Shown: positions 26,785-39,947, counted from the first letter of the stretch. The stretch is 64,000 nucleotides of DNA from Marsupella aquatica (GCA_973895155.1 OZ316893.1:806860-870859); one strand, 5' to 3'. Translations and numbers: made by a program. The notes: generated by a model not told the origin, from the sequence alone.

Positions 26785-29640
26785 CTAATCCAAAGGGACC
26801 GCTTCCCCTTCCTCGGTTCCGGAAGTCCCTGTTGTCAATTCTGGAACAATTGTGGCATCGTCAACCATGCTATCCTCTCCGGCCTGAGGAATGTCTTCCT
26901 CACTCTCCTCATCTGTCTCCCCCTGTCTGTCTTCCTCTTCAATGTTATCTGCAAGGTTAAGAATCCTCCCTTTCAACACACTGCTCTGTCGCTCGTCAAT
27001 CTCAATAGCAACGCAATGTCTCCCCATGGCCAAGGAGGAGGTTGTCCCAGTCCCTGATCCTGAACAAATATCCAAAACCCAGTCTCCAACCTGACTAAAA
27101 TGACTCACTTCCCAATCTAACAATGCACATGGTTTCTGATAGACATTCACTACCTTGTTATCCCCGGTGTGTTTCAGCTTCTTAGTCACAGCTGCGCATA
27201 CAACCACATTGTTCCTGGATTCATTTGTGTCAAAATTGAAGTGCTCCAATGACCGTTTACCATCTTGGCTGTGAAAGCCAATTGTAAAGCACTCAAAGTT
27301 GCTTTTCAATCTTGGCCCACCAGCATTCTTCACATTATCCTTAACCCTGAAAAGTCACAAAAAGTCAAGGAGTCATTTAAACTTAGAAACATGGTTCATG
27401 AAATCATGAACAACTAATAATTGTTTTTTTCAAAAACAAATATTTCTTACCACAGACAATTCTGGAACCCTCCATTACACTCCACTTTCAAAACGGTCTT
27501 GATGGCCTCATATTGGTCAAGGCTGTGGTGAATGATAATACGCCACAACTTTGCGGCTAGTAGCCACCTTGAAAGATTGGACCATTTTTGTGATCTCCTC
27601 AATTCCCCATCCAATAGTGTCCTCATGAAGACATCCAGGCAATGCAAATCCGTAGGGAATATCCACTAAAGCTAATGTGTAAGCCCAACCCGGAACCACC
27701 TCGTGTAATCGCTGAGCATCATGAGTAAAAATATCATAGTGCACGTCACCAAACTCTAGATGCTCAAAAGAATTTGGATGAAGTTCCCCCTCTTGGGTTT
27801 GCTGACTAGAAGTCTTCATGGATAGCCAATTTTGCGCTTGCACAATATGCGCATTGAATTTGTCCGGGAATGACTTGAGATCTTTGCCTTCCTCATCTCC
27901 CTTCTTTTTCCGGGAGGTGGTATCTTTCTACAAAAGGGAACCTTACAATTAGAAACAAGGATTCCAAATATTCAATGAATTCAAACAATCATTTGAAGAA
28001 AGGTGACAGAATCTTACCCATGTCTGGAAAACAGGTACGAAATTCTTAAGCACATTGTCCGTGCAATGCTCAGGGTACTTGGTTTTACAACCTGACCAAC
28101 TCTCCTCGTGTAAACATGTGAGGAAGGCCTTCTGCACCTGCATCTGAAATCTGTGTCAAGTAAATTTGTGACCCATTTCCTGTAAAGAGAGACTTTCTTT
28201 AGTAAGAACTCTCTGTAACACTGGGCAAATCATATCAGGATCTTTCAAGGCCTGCATGTGTCTCCACTCTGTTAATTTCATGTCCTCATAAGGCAATTTG
28301 GCATCTCCAGACTTAGAGACTTTCTTCTTGCCCTTATCTCCTTTTTGACCTTTGATCTCACACATCTCCCACTTGTCACAAATCTGCGTCACAAATGACC
28401 ACATAGGATCTTGTTGGAATGCCAACTCAAATAGGTTATCGTTGGCATTAAGAACCTCAACATCCTTTCGCACACCCCAATCCTTGAGATTGATTTTAGT
28501 AGCACACTCTTTCTTGAAATCCTGGTTGGACGACAATCCATTCTCCACAAATCTCATGTGAATATAATTTACTCTCTGGATTGTCGTCATCTGTTGTCAA
28601 AATTCAGAATCAATATTGTGACTCCACGCCAGGTTTCTTGCCTTTTGCACACTCAATCCCGCAAATATCCAAGATTGCACTCTCTGAAATGCCTTGTTGT
28701 TAGGGAACTGAAGAGCAAGGTCTGCTTTGGCACAGGCTGAATGGTTGCCCCCAATCACATAATAATGGTAATCAGATTTCCTTGAAAAATCAAAGTCTTG
28801 CCTAGTAGCACACTCCTTCGGATCCACCAAGAGGACAAACGGAGCTGCAAGTGGACTGGCACCTACAGTCTTCATCCGCAAGGTCAATTGGGTCAAGAAA
28901 TATGGTTGGATGTGTTGAACCTGGTAAATGGGCAAGCCCACAGCCTTCTCTCTCACTAGAGGGTAAAGTTGACCAATGTCAACCGTCACGGTCTCCTCTT
29001 GAACACCACATCTTCCCAGAATCTCCTCCTGGTACAATACTCGTGCATCCATTGACATTGATTGAGCCTTTTACTCCAAATGCATCGGAATTTTCTCCAA
29101 AGTCTTCTTTTTTGACTTTGGAGCACTGGGCTCGGCAGGCTCAGGAGTCATAGCAGGTCGCTTCTTTGAAGAAGTGCAAGTTCCAGTCGTACCTTGTGCC
29201 AACCCACCACTCAAAGCCATTCCCTAGGATGATCTACCAACTTGAGATCCCCCTCCAGATGCTGCTGCTTCACGGGAGGTTGTAGGCGCTACCACGGTCA
29301 AAATGTCATCGGGTAAAATGCTAGGCCTGGATCCAGAAGGAACACCGGAAGCCCTAGATTTGGGTGGACGACTTACCCCCTTCTTTGCCGATCTTTTTTG
29401 GAGAATCTCTCGCAATTTTTGGATTGCACTCTTTAAAGTGCTAGCATGAAATTCGAACACAAAACCAGAAATCTTTCCCGCGACGTCGTGGTAATGTTCC
29501 TCACTCAAAAGAGACTTGAGAGTCTCAATGATGCTATCGATGTCCTCATCGAGATAGCAGGTGGCAGCCATTCCGGAAAACCTCTCCACATCCACGACAA
29601 TCAAAGTTGACGTTTCCTTCGTTGTGATCAACATGTTCAC
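26785..29640 (-). pseudogene. ParB-like domain plus beta-class amino-DNA (N6-adenine/N4-cytosine) methyltransferase fusion; introns 27928-28017 and 27347-27450
   Basis: YYVIGGNHS (ParB/Srx-like motif), ALVDIPYG (motif IV, DPPY-like), YQKPCALL (motif X), GDWVLDICSGSGT..AMGRHCVAIEID (motif I), in beta order. Two GT-AG introns restore the frame (QTW|KDT; CLW|VKD). Four in-frame stops and one frameshift (~27550). The true start may lie further upstream. Confidence 0.85.
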
Positions 29641-30016
29641 AACTTTGTCGCCCCGTCAAAATACATCAATATGGGCGTAATTGACCCACCCTAATGCCCC
29701 CGATGGAAGCCCTTCAAATACACACAGCATTAGGAAGGGCTTCTTCCATGTTTCCATCCCTAAGGAAATTGTCCAGGATGAGTTGTGGAAGTCCGTCAAA
29801 GGATGGCGCGAAAAGATGTCATCCACCAGCTCTTCCTACGACATTGTCATGTTTCCCCCTGATCTTTAAAACCTGAGAACATACCACAAAATCAGTCCAC
29901 TTCAACCCCAACCTGCGAGACAAAGTGCCATAGAACCAAAGAATGTGCCAACAAATGGCTACTAAAGCCGTGTCCTTACGGATCTAACAACGCTCTCGGC
30001 CACCCCAGGACTCCTA

Positions 30017-30080
30017 TCATGAATTCATGAAGGGAGTCTCCCTCTCGCACCGACCTTCATGAATTCATGAAGGGAGTCTC
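30017..30080. repeat. Two identical 24 bp direct repeats with palindromic core TCATGAATTCATGA, between the divergent genes
   Basis: TCATGAATTCATGAAGGGAGTCTC at 30017-30040 and 30057-30080. Confidence 0.9.
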
Positions 30081-30631
30081 TTCTCTCTTTGCATGTACAC
30101 CTCGGAGATGCAGAAGGGTATTAAAAATGGGGTTCGGAGGGAGGGTGAAGTGAAGAAATCACCCAGGGTCTAAATTACTACCTAAAACAGGGTCAAAATG
30201 AAGCGCGACCACGACAACTCGCGACACGTCGCCGATGAGTGCTGAAAACGGCACAAAATTGGACAGCGAGATTGTTTTTCACTCTTTTACAAAGGAAATC
30301 CAAATGACATCGAGTGAAAATAAATGGGATGCCCTATGTTACTTGGTTATACATACTAATCACGGATCAGGCGCGACTTAGTAAAATTAACCCCAAATCA
30401 TGATAAATCAATGTTTTCGGGCCAATTATTCATGAATATTTTGGGGTATTAACGGGAAAAAGTTTGTAAATTTCATGAATATTTGATATTTTTGAAGTTA
30501 AGAAGTCCCGACAATCCGTGAAAAACTATAAATAGGCTCGTTTATTCATGACTCTTGGTCATTATTTTGAGGAGATTTGTTAGATTTTACTGATTTTTTG
30601 AGTTTCTTGTCAATTTGCACTAGTTTTTCCA

Positions 30632-33600
30632 ATGGCGGCATGTTGCAAATCAGATGATTATTCAGATGGAGTTTTTGATGATGTTTCATTGCCAGATGGC
30701 CCCTACACAGTGGTTGGCCCAGATATCCCTGGAATAACTACTATTTTAGATATGCCACCCCCCCACCCCTATGAGCAAGTTAAAATGTACTCCTTTACGA
30801 CTTGCAATTAGTGGGAAGAAATCATTGGTCGGTGGTAAGGAGAGGTCAGGGAGCTCCTTTGACTCCTTGGAGAGTATCGGTCCCCGTGGATGTCAAGTTG
30901 TGTCTCCTTTGTCACCAACAAAGGACAAATTGGGTAGTAATGTGGAAGGTTCAATGTCTATTCGGATGTCTGGGAAACGGTCTCATGAATTCATGAAGAC
31001 TGGATTTGGAAAGACGAAGAAGGTCCTAAGTGGGGCAAATGACAAAGATTTTTGCAGTCTCCAAAGTGTTCAGCGGCTTAAGCAAATGCCAAAAAGTAAA
31101 ACCTTTGGTAAGCCAACGTCGGAAACATTTCACAGGAGGATGAGGGAAGAAACTAGACGACCAGTGTTATTGAAAAGTATTCCAGAAAGGAATTCTAATG
31201 TGCGTTCCTCATTGTTACCTGGGAGTCATGGTGTTGGGGCAGGGAGCGGATCAAGTCACGGAAACTCAAACAGGGAAACCAACCCTGGTGGAGAGGGCCC
31301 CTAGGAAAATATTGAAAGGGTTCCTACACGGTAATGGAGGGATTTCTGAAATACGCCCAGGTATTCCAAGGCTGCATAGAGTGAAGAAAGAGCCTCCATC
31401 TCCGAAGGCTGCAGGTCTGGAATCTCGGGATGTTCAGAAGAAAATGTTGGTGACCATTTCATCATCGAATGATAGCGAGTCCTTGGAGAGTGAGGATGAT
31501 GATGATGTTCTGGTGGCATCTAGTTGTTACAAACGTACGAGCAACGCCACTTTGTGTGAAACAAAGTTGAAAGAGGAGGATATCAAGACAACAAATAGGA
31601 AGAATTGTTGTCAGAGTCATTGTCTCCTAAGTCTATCTCCAAAAGAAATTCGTGAGGTGCGTTCTAAATTTTTGAGGCAAAAATCTCAGGATCGATCTTT
31701 ATCTTTGCAGTGGCTTATAAAGCGAGACGGAAATGAAGGAGGGAGGCAGACTATATCTTACACGTTTGGTCAAAAGAGTATTTGTCAGAAAGCTTTCAAG
31801 CTTATATTTTGCATTGGCAATCAGAGATTAAATAGAATTTTGAAATTAGACAACCAAGACTTAGGATATTCTAAACCAGTTGGACGCTCTCCATCTGTTA
31901 AAAGATTAGTCTTGGTCAGTTGGCTTAGGTAATTTTTTGAGACACGCGTGGAAACATTGCCAAATAAAGAAGTTTCACATTTACTGGATAATTATTCAAA
32001 GCTGGAGGTATGGAAGATCTACGATTCCAACTATGCCAAGATTGATGAATCATCAAAAATATCCTATCGACAATTCTTGAAAGTTTGGGTTCAAGAATTT
32101 GGTCATGTGAAGATTCCTCCAGTCAATCGATTCAGTGCTTGCGCGGATTGCGAGGAGTTCAAATCAATTCGGGACAAAGCTGTCTCAGAGACCGAAAAGA
32201 GTAAGTTACTTACAAGTTTGACAAGTTTTTTTTTCAAGAATATGGCTTAGCACATGATTTCTATTTTTTTTTAAGAAACTAACAAGTTGTTTTTCCAGGG
32301 CGAGGGGAGATTATGTTACAAAAACATAGAGACCAACAATCCAAAGAACGTGAGAAACTCGCGAAGCATCGTAAGAAATGTTTTTCAAATCCTGATAAAT
32401 ATTTGGGAGTTGTCATTGATGGGATGGATCAAAAGAAGACAAGGTTGCCTCATTGGCCGCGTCCCCCAAAACTCGGGGGGTTGACTATCAAAAATCTTAG
32501 GAACTACGTGCGATCCAAAATAGGTATTTTTGGCAGATTTTAACTAAATTTTTAAAAAGCGTAGGAGGCAAAAGAAGGTATTATAAACTCATGTTTATAG
32601 AATATTCTTTAATATATACCCTTTATAAAGTAAAATAGGTTATTAATATTGAAAATAGAGAATATTCTTGGAATATTTTCTTTATAAAATAGGTCTATTT
32701 ATATTAGGCTAGGATCGCACGTGGTACCCCAAAATATACGCTTAGTTAACCCCCCGAGCCCCAATATTGGTGGACAAAACATGTTTGATCCAAATGCACG
32801 TTGTCGGATGCCTGGTTTTCAATGGTGCACTATTTTCAAGAGTGTTTCTTAATTATCTTGTATGGCATAATGATGGAAACTTGATAGTCACAATCCTCCA
32901 AAGGGTGTTTCACGAATGGGAAGAAAAGCCTAGTGGCTTACCGCCTGTTCTCTATCTTCAACTTGATAATACCATTAGAGAAAATAAAAATAATTTACTC
33001 TTTGCCTATCTTCATATGTTGATTCGAAGAAAGGTTTTTTGGAAAATCAAACTAGGATTCTTGTTGGTTGGACACACACACGACCAAATAGATCAAATGT
33101 TCAGTCAATTTTCTAAACGACTAGCAAGGTTTAAGGCATTCACATATGAAAGCCTATGTGATATTATTTGTGAATCATATCAACCCCAACCAAATATCAC
33201 TCTTTTAAAGGAAACATATGATTTCCGTCAATATGCCTTCTCAGATCCACCTTTAGTCATTGAAAGGATTCGAAATGTTACCTTCCACCACCAGTACAAA
33301 TTTGCATTTGACAAGTTGGAAGATCAAGTTCCAACCCAAAGGGGGAAGAAGTTTTCCACGGACTCAACTTGGAAACCTGACGGAGGCATGAAATTTTTGA
33401 GGGAAGAGGAGCCAAAAAAGGTGATGGGTTGTGCTCCCGGATTACCCCTTTTCAAAAAGGGGGATAAGAACGTTACAAGGACTAAACCAAATATGCTAGT
33501 TCTTCAAGAATGACTTTGAAGGAGATGGATGATTCGTTAAATGAGATTCAAAAGGGAATACTTGCAGTTGAAACTTTATTCTCAGAAGAGGAAGTGAACT

Positions 33601-34324
33601 GGTGGAGAATGTTTTTTGAAGAGCAGCGGGAATTGAATAAATCCTTGCTCCTTGATCAAAGACCATTGATTTTCCCTTTTCAATGGCCACATTCCCAAGG
33701 GGAGATTGTTGTTGCTGCTGAAGTTCCCAGAGTCCTTGTCAATGAAGAGGAAATTGAAGAGAGAGTATACGGACCTACCAGAGATATATACTTGGGTCCT
33801 TATCGGAATCAAGGAAAGATAGATGTAGAGAAGGAGAATATGGAAGGAGATTTTTGGATCTTGAAGTCAACACTTATATTTCTGTTGTTGGAGAAGAATC
33901 GGAAACATTTTGGGTGGCCAAGGTGGAAAGAATTGACCAGCGCGACGAGTTCAACATTCCAAAAATGATTTATGTTTCATGGCATGCTGCAAAAACCGGG
34001 TCAGATCCTTGGAAAGCCAAGTACTTACCAGAAGTCTTAAACTACGAAATGAAGAAAAGTGGTCGTGGGAAAGGAACTTTGAAACCAATATGGTTTCACC
34101 AAGAGCTTGATTTATCTTCAACGACTGTTTTTGCTTACAACTTCATGTTGACAAAATCTGATACATTGTACAAAAAGATAGTAGATCGGATCAAAATACG
34201 ATTGACTGAATTTTTGGCAAAAGAGAAAGAGCAAGAACAAGAGAATGGATCAGCTAGAACCCCACTAGGAGATAAATCTAGGGATATTTCGTTTCAAGAA
34301 TTGAGGACTTCTGGATCTGAGTAA
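30632..34324 (+). pseudogene. Sola-like DDD transposase (DUF7869-like), disrupted; intron 32201-32298
   Basis: CCQSHC...ICQKAFKLIFCI, RFSACADC, IDGMDQKK, LYLQLDNTIRENKN, FLLVGHTHDQIDQMFS. The GT-AG intron restores the frame (EKR|RGEIMLQK). Several frameshifts, a stop at 31930 and a MITE insertion. TATAAATA at ~30527. Confidence 0.85.
32472..32758. mobile_element. 287 bp MITE inserted in the transposase gene
   Basis: TIR CTCGGGGGGTTGACTA / TAGTTAACCCCCCGAG; 8 bp TSD CCCCAAAA/CCCCAATA; removing it restores the in-frame HWPRPPKLVDKTC. Confidence 0.92.
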
Positions 34325-35481
34325 TGAAAAGTAGTTATTGTTTGTGACATTACCATTGAAAAACATGGATAACTTGAAATTTTTCAAATTTTCAAAATGC
34401 CTTTACCACTTATTCATGAATTCATGGTTAAAGTTTCTTGAGAAATTTGTAGTTTAATATTTTCTTAGTGGGTTGTGTTTCAATTCAATTAGATGGTGTC
34501 ATTTCTATCCTCCTTGTCTTCTTTTCACAATAATGTGTATCAGGCTAAGTTGTAGTAGTTTATTTTCTGGTTTTCAAATCACAATGGCTTTTGGAGGTGA
34601 TTTAGTTGTCGGTTCAAGAGACAGCTCGTGTAATTGTGAGACCATTGTAGATAATAGTGTTGTATTTGAGGTCATTTATTGGTGGAATGTATTTTCAGAT
34701 GAATTTGGTCATTTTTAGGCTGTCAAAACATAACTAGTTTATGTCATATTTTGTTCGCTCCATATTTTTGTTCTAAAATAGGTGCTAGTTTTGGCACTTT
34801 TCTGACTTTTTGGTTGTTTTTCTGATTTTTTGGCTAGAGTTCCTAAAGTATGGGCTTGTTACTCATCATTTAAGGCTTCTTGTTCAATTTGGACAAGTCA
34901 AGATCACTCATTTTTTAAAAGCAGTGTAACTTAGTTCCATCTCCCTATAGAGATTCTTAATGAGAGACAAGTCCTTGGAAATATTTTTAAATGTTGTAAC
35001 AAAGTTATGTGCGGGGTCATATGCCTTGTTGCATGAGTCCTACATGACCACCTATGATTATGCGAACAAAACATATAGGATCATGGAGCAACTTGGAAGA
35101 GAAAGAATTTGCATCTCAATATTAGTGCTCATCTGGCTTCTCTCTAATTTTAAATTGTTTGTACCTTCATGATCATTGAAGCTAATTGTCTCAATTAACT
35201 CCCTCATTTTTGGACCTACGCCAGGTTGTTCCGGCGCCAACATTGACAAAATGTAGATCAATCATCTTCATACCGCAAGGTACTCCCTCACACATCGGTG
35301 CCTGCTCTGGAATTAAATGGTTTTTTCATCGTCTCCAAAATGATTTTGATAACCAAATGATCCTTTCCATGTACTCATGATTTATCTTTTACTTGTCTCC
35401 AAATCATTGTCTAATTATGAACCCAACCCAAACATGAGAATGTCATTTCCAGATTTTTTCATTCCTCTTAACATTTTATTG

Positions 35482-38400
35482 TGTTGAGCATAGACGACAT
35501 TCGCAACGACAAGCCCATGAACCATCCAACGCACAAGAGTTGACACAGAGAGATACGTGGTTCACCTCGGACACATGAGGCTATGTTCACGGGAACACAC
35601 AAGAGCTTTACTGCACTCTAGGCCGAACGGCCATACCAAACATCCATAGCGCAAGCTCTCCCTATCGCTCAACTAGCTCCGTAACAATGAGCCTAAGTTC
35701 CACCCAGGGTCTGGCATCAGCTTTGGGCTATATACACAACAGCACTACCGCTAACTTTAGCTAAGTCCTAACCCAAGTTAATCTAACTGTGGTTAGTTCA
35801 TGAGTCACAAGACTAGAGCAATATTTAACAAACTCCCCCTTGACTCTTGTCTTGGGGACTGGACTAAATGCTACCATATGGAATCCTCAACGGGAAGTTC
35901 TAGACAATCACCAAACCAAGTCTCCCCCAAAAAACCACAAGGGTTAACTAGAACTAAGCCGTAGCCAAACAGGAATGAGTAATCCATATACAAATAGTCA
36001 CACATTGCTAAATAACTCTACTTGCACTACAACTGCAAAACCTGCAAAGTAGCACGGTGTCTTGATAAACTTTCCAAATGAATCACTTTGGTAAAGGCAT
36101 CAGCGGGATTAAGTTTTCCATCAATCTTGACTAGCTCAAAAGTTTTATCAGACACTGCTTTCCTGATAAAATGGTACCTGATATCAATGTGCTTCACCCT
36201 GCTATCCATCACCTGGTTAGCAGCCAAGTGAAGAGCACTCTGACTATCACAGTTTAGAGTCATTTTGCCATGCTCTAAACCCATCTTTGCGATCAACTTG
36301 TCCAACCAAATTGCTTCCTTTGTTGCTTCTACTGCTGCAACATACTCTGCTTCTGTAGTAGACTGAGATATACACTTCTGCAAGGTAGATTTCCAACTGA
36401 TACATCCTCCTCCAAGAGTAAATACAAACCCAGTTGTAGACCTCCTTGTGTCCAGACAGCCTCCATAGTCAGAATCTACATAGCCAACTAACGTTCTATC
36501 CTGTGTTCCCTTCACATACCCGAGAATCCATTTCACAGCTTCCCAATGTATCTTCCCTGGATTTGACATGAATCTGCTAACCTTGCCCATAGATAGGGCC
36601 AACTCAGGCCTAATACAAGTCATCAAATACATCAGACTGCCTATTGCCTTCTCATAAGGAATCTTAGCCATCAGACCTTTCTCCACAGCATCTATAGGAG
36701 AGAAAGCCAATGATAACTTGAAATATGAAGCTAAAGGAATACTCACTGGCTTACAGTTTTCCATGTTGAATCGTGCAAGTACTTTTCTTGCATACTGGTC
36801 TTGACTCAAGCAGAACTGTCCAGTATCAGAGTTCCTAAAAATCTCCATCCCTAAGATCCTTTTGGCCTTACCAAGATTCTTCATCTTGAATTCAACACTC
36901 AATTTTGCCTTGAGACTGTCAACCTCAAATTGATCTTTAGCCACAATCAGCATGTCATCCACATAAATCACCATAATGATGAAACCAAATACATCATTCT
37001 TGACTGATTTCGTATACACACAAGGATCATACACCATCCTTGTAAAACCTTGAGCAAGCATGAAATCATCAAACCGCTTGTTCCACTGTCTGGGAGACTG
37101 CTTCAATCCATACAAGGACTTGAGCAATCTGCAAACTAAGTTCTCTTGGCCCTTCTTCATAAAGCCTAGTGGTTGTCTCATGAAGATCATCTCTTCCAAG
37201 TTGTCATAGAGAAAAGCAGTAACAACATCCATCTGATCCATCACCAGACCAAAAAACACAACAAACTGACACAAGATCCAAATTGTGGAATACTTAGCCA
37301 CTGGTGAAAAGACCTCATTGTAATCCACTCCTTTCTTCTGAGTGAATCCCTTGGCAACAAGCCTTGCCTTGTAGATCCTATCTCCACCCTCTGAAGGACT
37401 GTCCTTCAACTTGTAAATTCACTTGTTGTCCACCACTTGCTGACCTCTTGGATCGAAGCTCCACCAGCTCCCATGTTTTGTTGTCACTCAAAGATTGCAA
37501 CTTCCTCTGCATTGTTGCATTCCACTCATGCTTTTGCTCTGAAGCACAAGCCTCACTATACGAAGAAGGCTCTCCTTCTTCCAAGATCAAAGCCATATCA
37601 TCATCATCAGGTGCAATGTCAATATCATCTAGCTTAGATGAGTCTGCCCATTGACCATACCTGGTAGGAGCTCTAGTAGAACGACTGGAAGTTCTTCTAG
37701 TAGATGACTCAGACTGATCTGCAGTTATTGCTGGTTGAATTTGAGGTACCCAGCAACAATATGCTCCTCTTGTTCCATCGGAGGAACCAGCTCCAAGCCC
37801 GGAGCTTCTCTATCTCTCTTGTCATGAATAGCATCATGACTAATCTCCCCCTCAACCCGGTCTAGGATGAGAAATTTTCCCTTGTCAGTATGGGAGTCTT
37901 GAGAACTCTCCCCCTCCTTTGATGATCTGGATTCATTCAAAGACACATCTCTACTGACAATTAGTTTACAGGTTACTGGATCCCATAACCTATAACCCTT
38001 CACACCTTTTTGATAGCAAAAAAAATGCACTTCTTTGACTTGGACTTGAGCTTGGATCGAAGGTGGGAAGGTGTAAGCACATAAGCATCACACCCAAAAA
38101 TTCTCAGATGTGAGTAATCTGCTGGACGCCCATACCTCATTTCAAATGGCGTCTTGAATCCAATAGAACTTGATGGAGAAAAATTTACCAAATAAGCTGT
38201 AGTGTTGATAGCTTCAGTCCAAAACTCATGTGATAAGCATGATTGGCTCAACATACTCCTCAAGCGCTCCAATAGTGTTTGGTTGAGTCTCTCAGAAACA
38301 CCATTCTGTTGAGGAGTATAACTTGTTGTGAGATGGTGGGTAATCTCTTTCTCCATAGTATTCACCGTCGTCATCCGATCAAAGATATCTCACCTTATTA

Positions 38401-38915
38401 CCAGTCTTATTCTCAACTTGGGCTTTCCACTCCTTAAAAGTGGCAAAAATATCAAACTTATTGTGTAGAAAGTATATCCACACATACCTTGAGTAATCGT
38501 CTATGAACGTGACATAGTATAATCGTCCAGAATGTGAGGGAGTAGGGGCTGGACCCCACACATCATTATGTACATACTCAAATACCTCCTTGCTGGTGTG
38601 AGTTCCAACTCCAAAGGGTTTCCTGTCCTGCTTCCCAAGCACACAATGCTCACAGAATTCCAACTTACAAGATTGCAAATTAGAAAGTAATCATTTCTTC
38701 TAAAGAATAATCAAACCTTTTTCACTCATGTGGCCTAAACAAACGTGCCATAGCCGGGCCGTACCAGTTGAAACCTGAAGGACACCATTAGCATAACTCC
38801 ACTGATGGCCATTTGCTTCTAAAACTCCAAGTGAAATGAGATTTTTCATCATGCTGGAAATATGTCTCACATTCCTCAACGTTCTCACAGCACCATCAAA
38901 CATCTAAAATCTAAC
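35482..38915 (-). mobile_element. 5'-truncated Ty1/Copia retrotransposon (integrase-RT-RNase H, PPT, 3' LTR 35482-35830)
   Basis: LWHVCLGHMSEKG, CEHCVLGKQ, VHNDVWGP, FIDDYSR, PQQNGVSER, then YKARLVAKGF, YVDDML, KHIDIRYHFIR in Copia order; PPT AGGGGGAGTT at 35831-35840; LTR TG...CA. No gag or 5' LTR. Confidence 0.93.
36027..37409 (-). pseudogene. Copia reverse transcriptase-RNase H segment
   Basis: 460 aa ORF with QMDVVTAFL, SLYGLKQSPRQW, YVDDML, GYVDSDY, AEYVA; frameshifted from the upstream pol. Confidence 0.92.
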
Positions 38916-39149
38916 ATATTGTAGGTAATTTGGAATTTTGAGTCCAAATGACCCTCAATTTATTTCTCAAACTTCTAGGAACCAAATGGGTTGAGAGCCC
39001 ATGATCTTGTTGGTAATGAAAAAATTTGTCAATGTTAGATTCATTCTCAATATTATCATTTTCCAAAATATCTCTAAGTGTTTAGCACAAAAGGTTCATT
39101 GAGAAATGAGTGAGAAACAAGATCATTGTTTTTTGAAGTTCCGCTAGTT

Positions 39150-39440
39150 TTGTATAAACATCACATTGGTACTTTTTGTCAAGTACCAATGCCAGGAAAT
39201 CATAAGTTTACTAATTTTTCTAGGTTTCCAATGAGCCTCATGTTGGCAAATTTTGTCAAATGAGTAGAGACCATGAGTTTTTCAAGTTTTCTAGCTTTCT
39301 AATGTGTGACATTGGGAGTATTTGTCAAGTACTAGAGAGATCATGAGTTTCCAAATTTTTCTAGCTTTCCAATGAACGTAACATTCAAAGAGTTTGTCAA
39401 GTACTAAGGAGATGATTGGTTTTTTAATTTCTTTAAAACA
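39150..39440. repeat. ~70 bp tandem repeat array (same family as 24040-24560)
   Basis: TAGCTTTCCAATG-like cores at ~39224, 39295 and 39365 (70 bp period). Confidence 0.75.
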
Positions 39441-39947
39441 TTGATAGACTTTGAGTGGTGGACCTTGCCACCCAGCGCTCTCACCAATCCCAACACCCTC
39501 GCCTAAGTGCCCAAACGCTTCCATGGAACTCCTTCAGCAAGTAACTTGATGCCCCTTTCACCCCCGGCGGCCATTCCCATACGAAGCCGCACTTGCTCCC
39601 TAACACGACCGTCGCTCATTGGCCCTCACTGTCTGCACAAGCAACCAAACACTCCGGTAAATAACCCAAAAGGATCTAGATGTCCCAAGTCTAGCATCCT
39701 AACTCAAGCTCAATAGATACTGATAAGTAGATCAACGATAGGTCCTCCGTGACCCGCATGGCCTTGCCATAAGCAAGAGCCAGAGCCAACACCCACTGTT
39801 TGTCCAAAGTAGCCCCTCTACGGGTGCAGCCCGTGCTCCCCCATGTAACTATCCATCACCAGCATAGTTTGTCCTAAAACGTTGGGACCAAATTGGCCCG
39901 ACTCTAGCAACCAACTCATGGTTCTTGCTCAATTGATAGCCTAGGGG

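Larger units (their letters stand above)
26464..34884 (+). mobile_element. Complete Sola-like (DUF7869-type) DNA transposon with a methyltransferase cargo gene
   Basis: Left end AACAAGAAGCCTTAAgggATGAGTccaAAGCC is inverted at the right end (GGCTTgttACTCATcatTTAAGGCTTCTTGTT); first 15 bp identical; 4 bp TSD CAAT at 26460-26463 and 34885-34888; two divergent genes inside. Confidence 0.88.

Noticed and set aside
26785-29640. Bacterial or phage contamination, or a restriction-modification system
   Set aside because: The gene has GT-AG introns, lies inside eukaryotic TIRs between plant genes, and no restriction endonuclease gene is recognisable.
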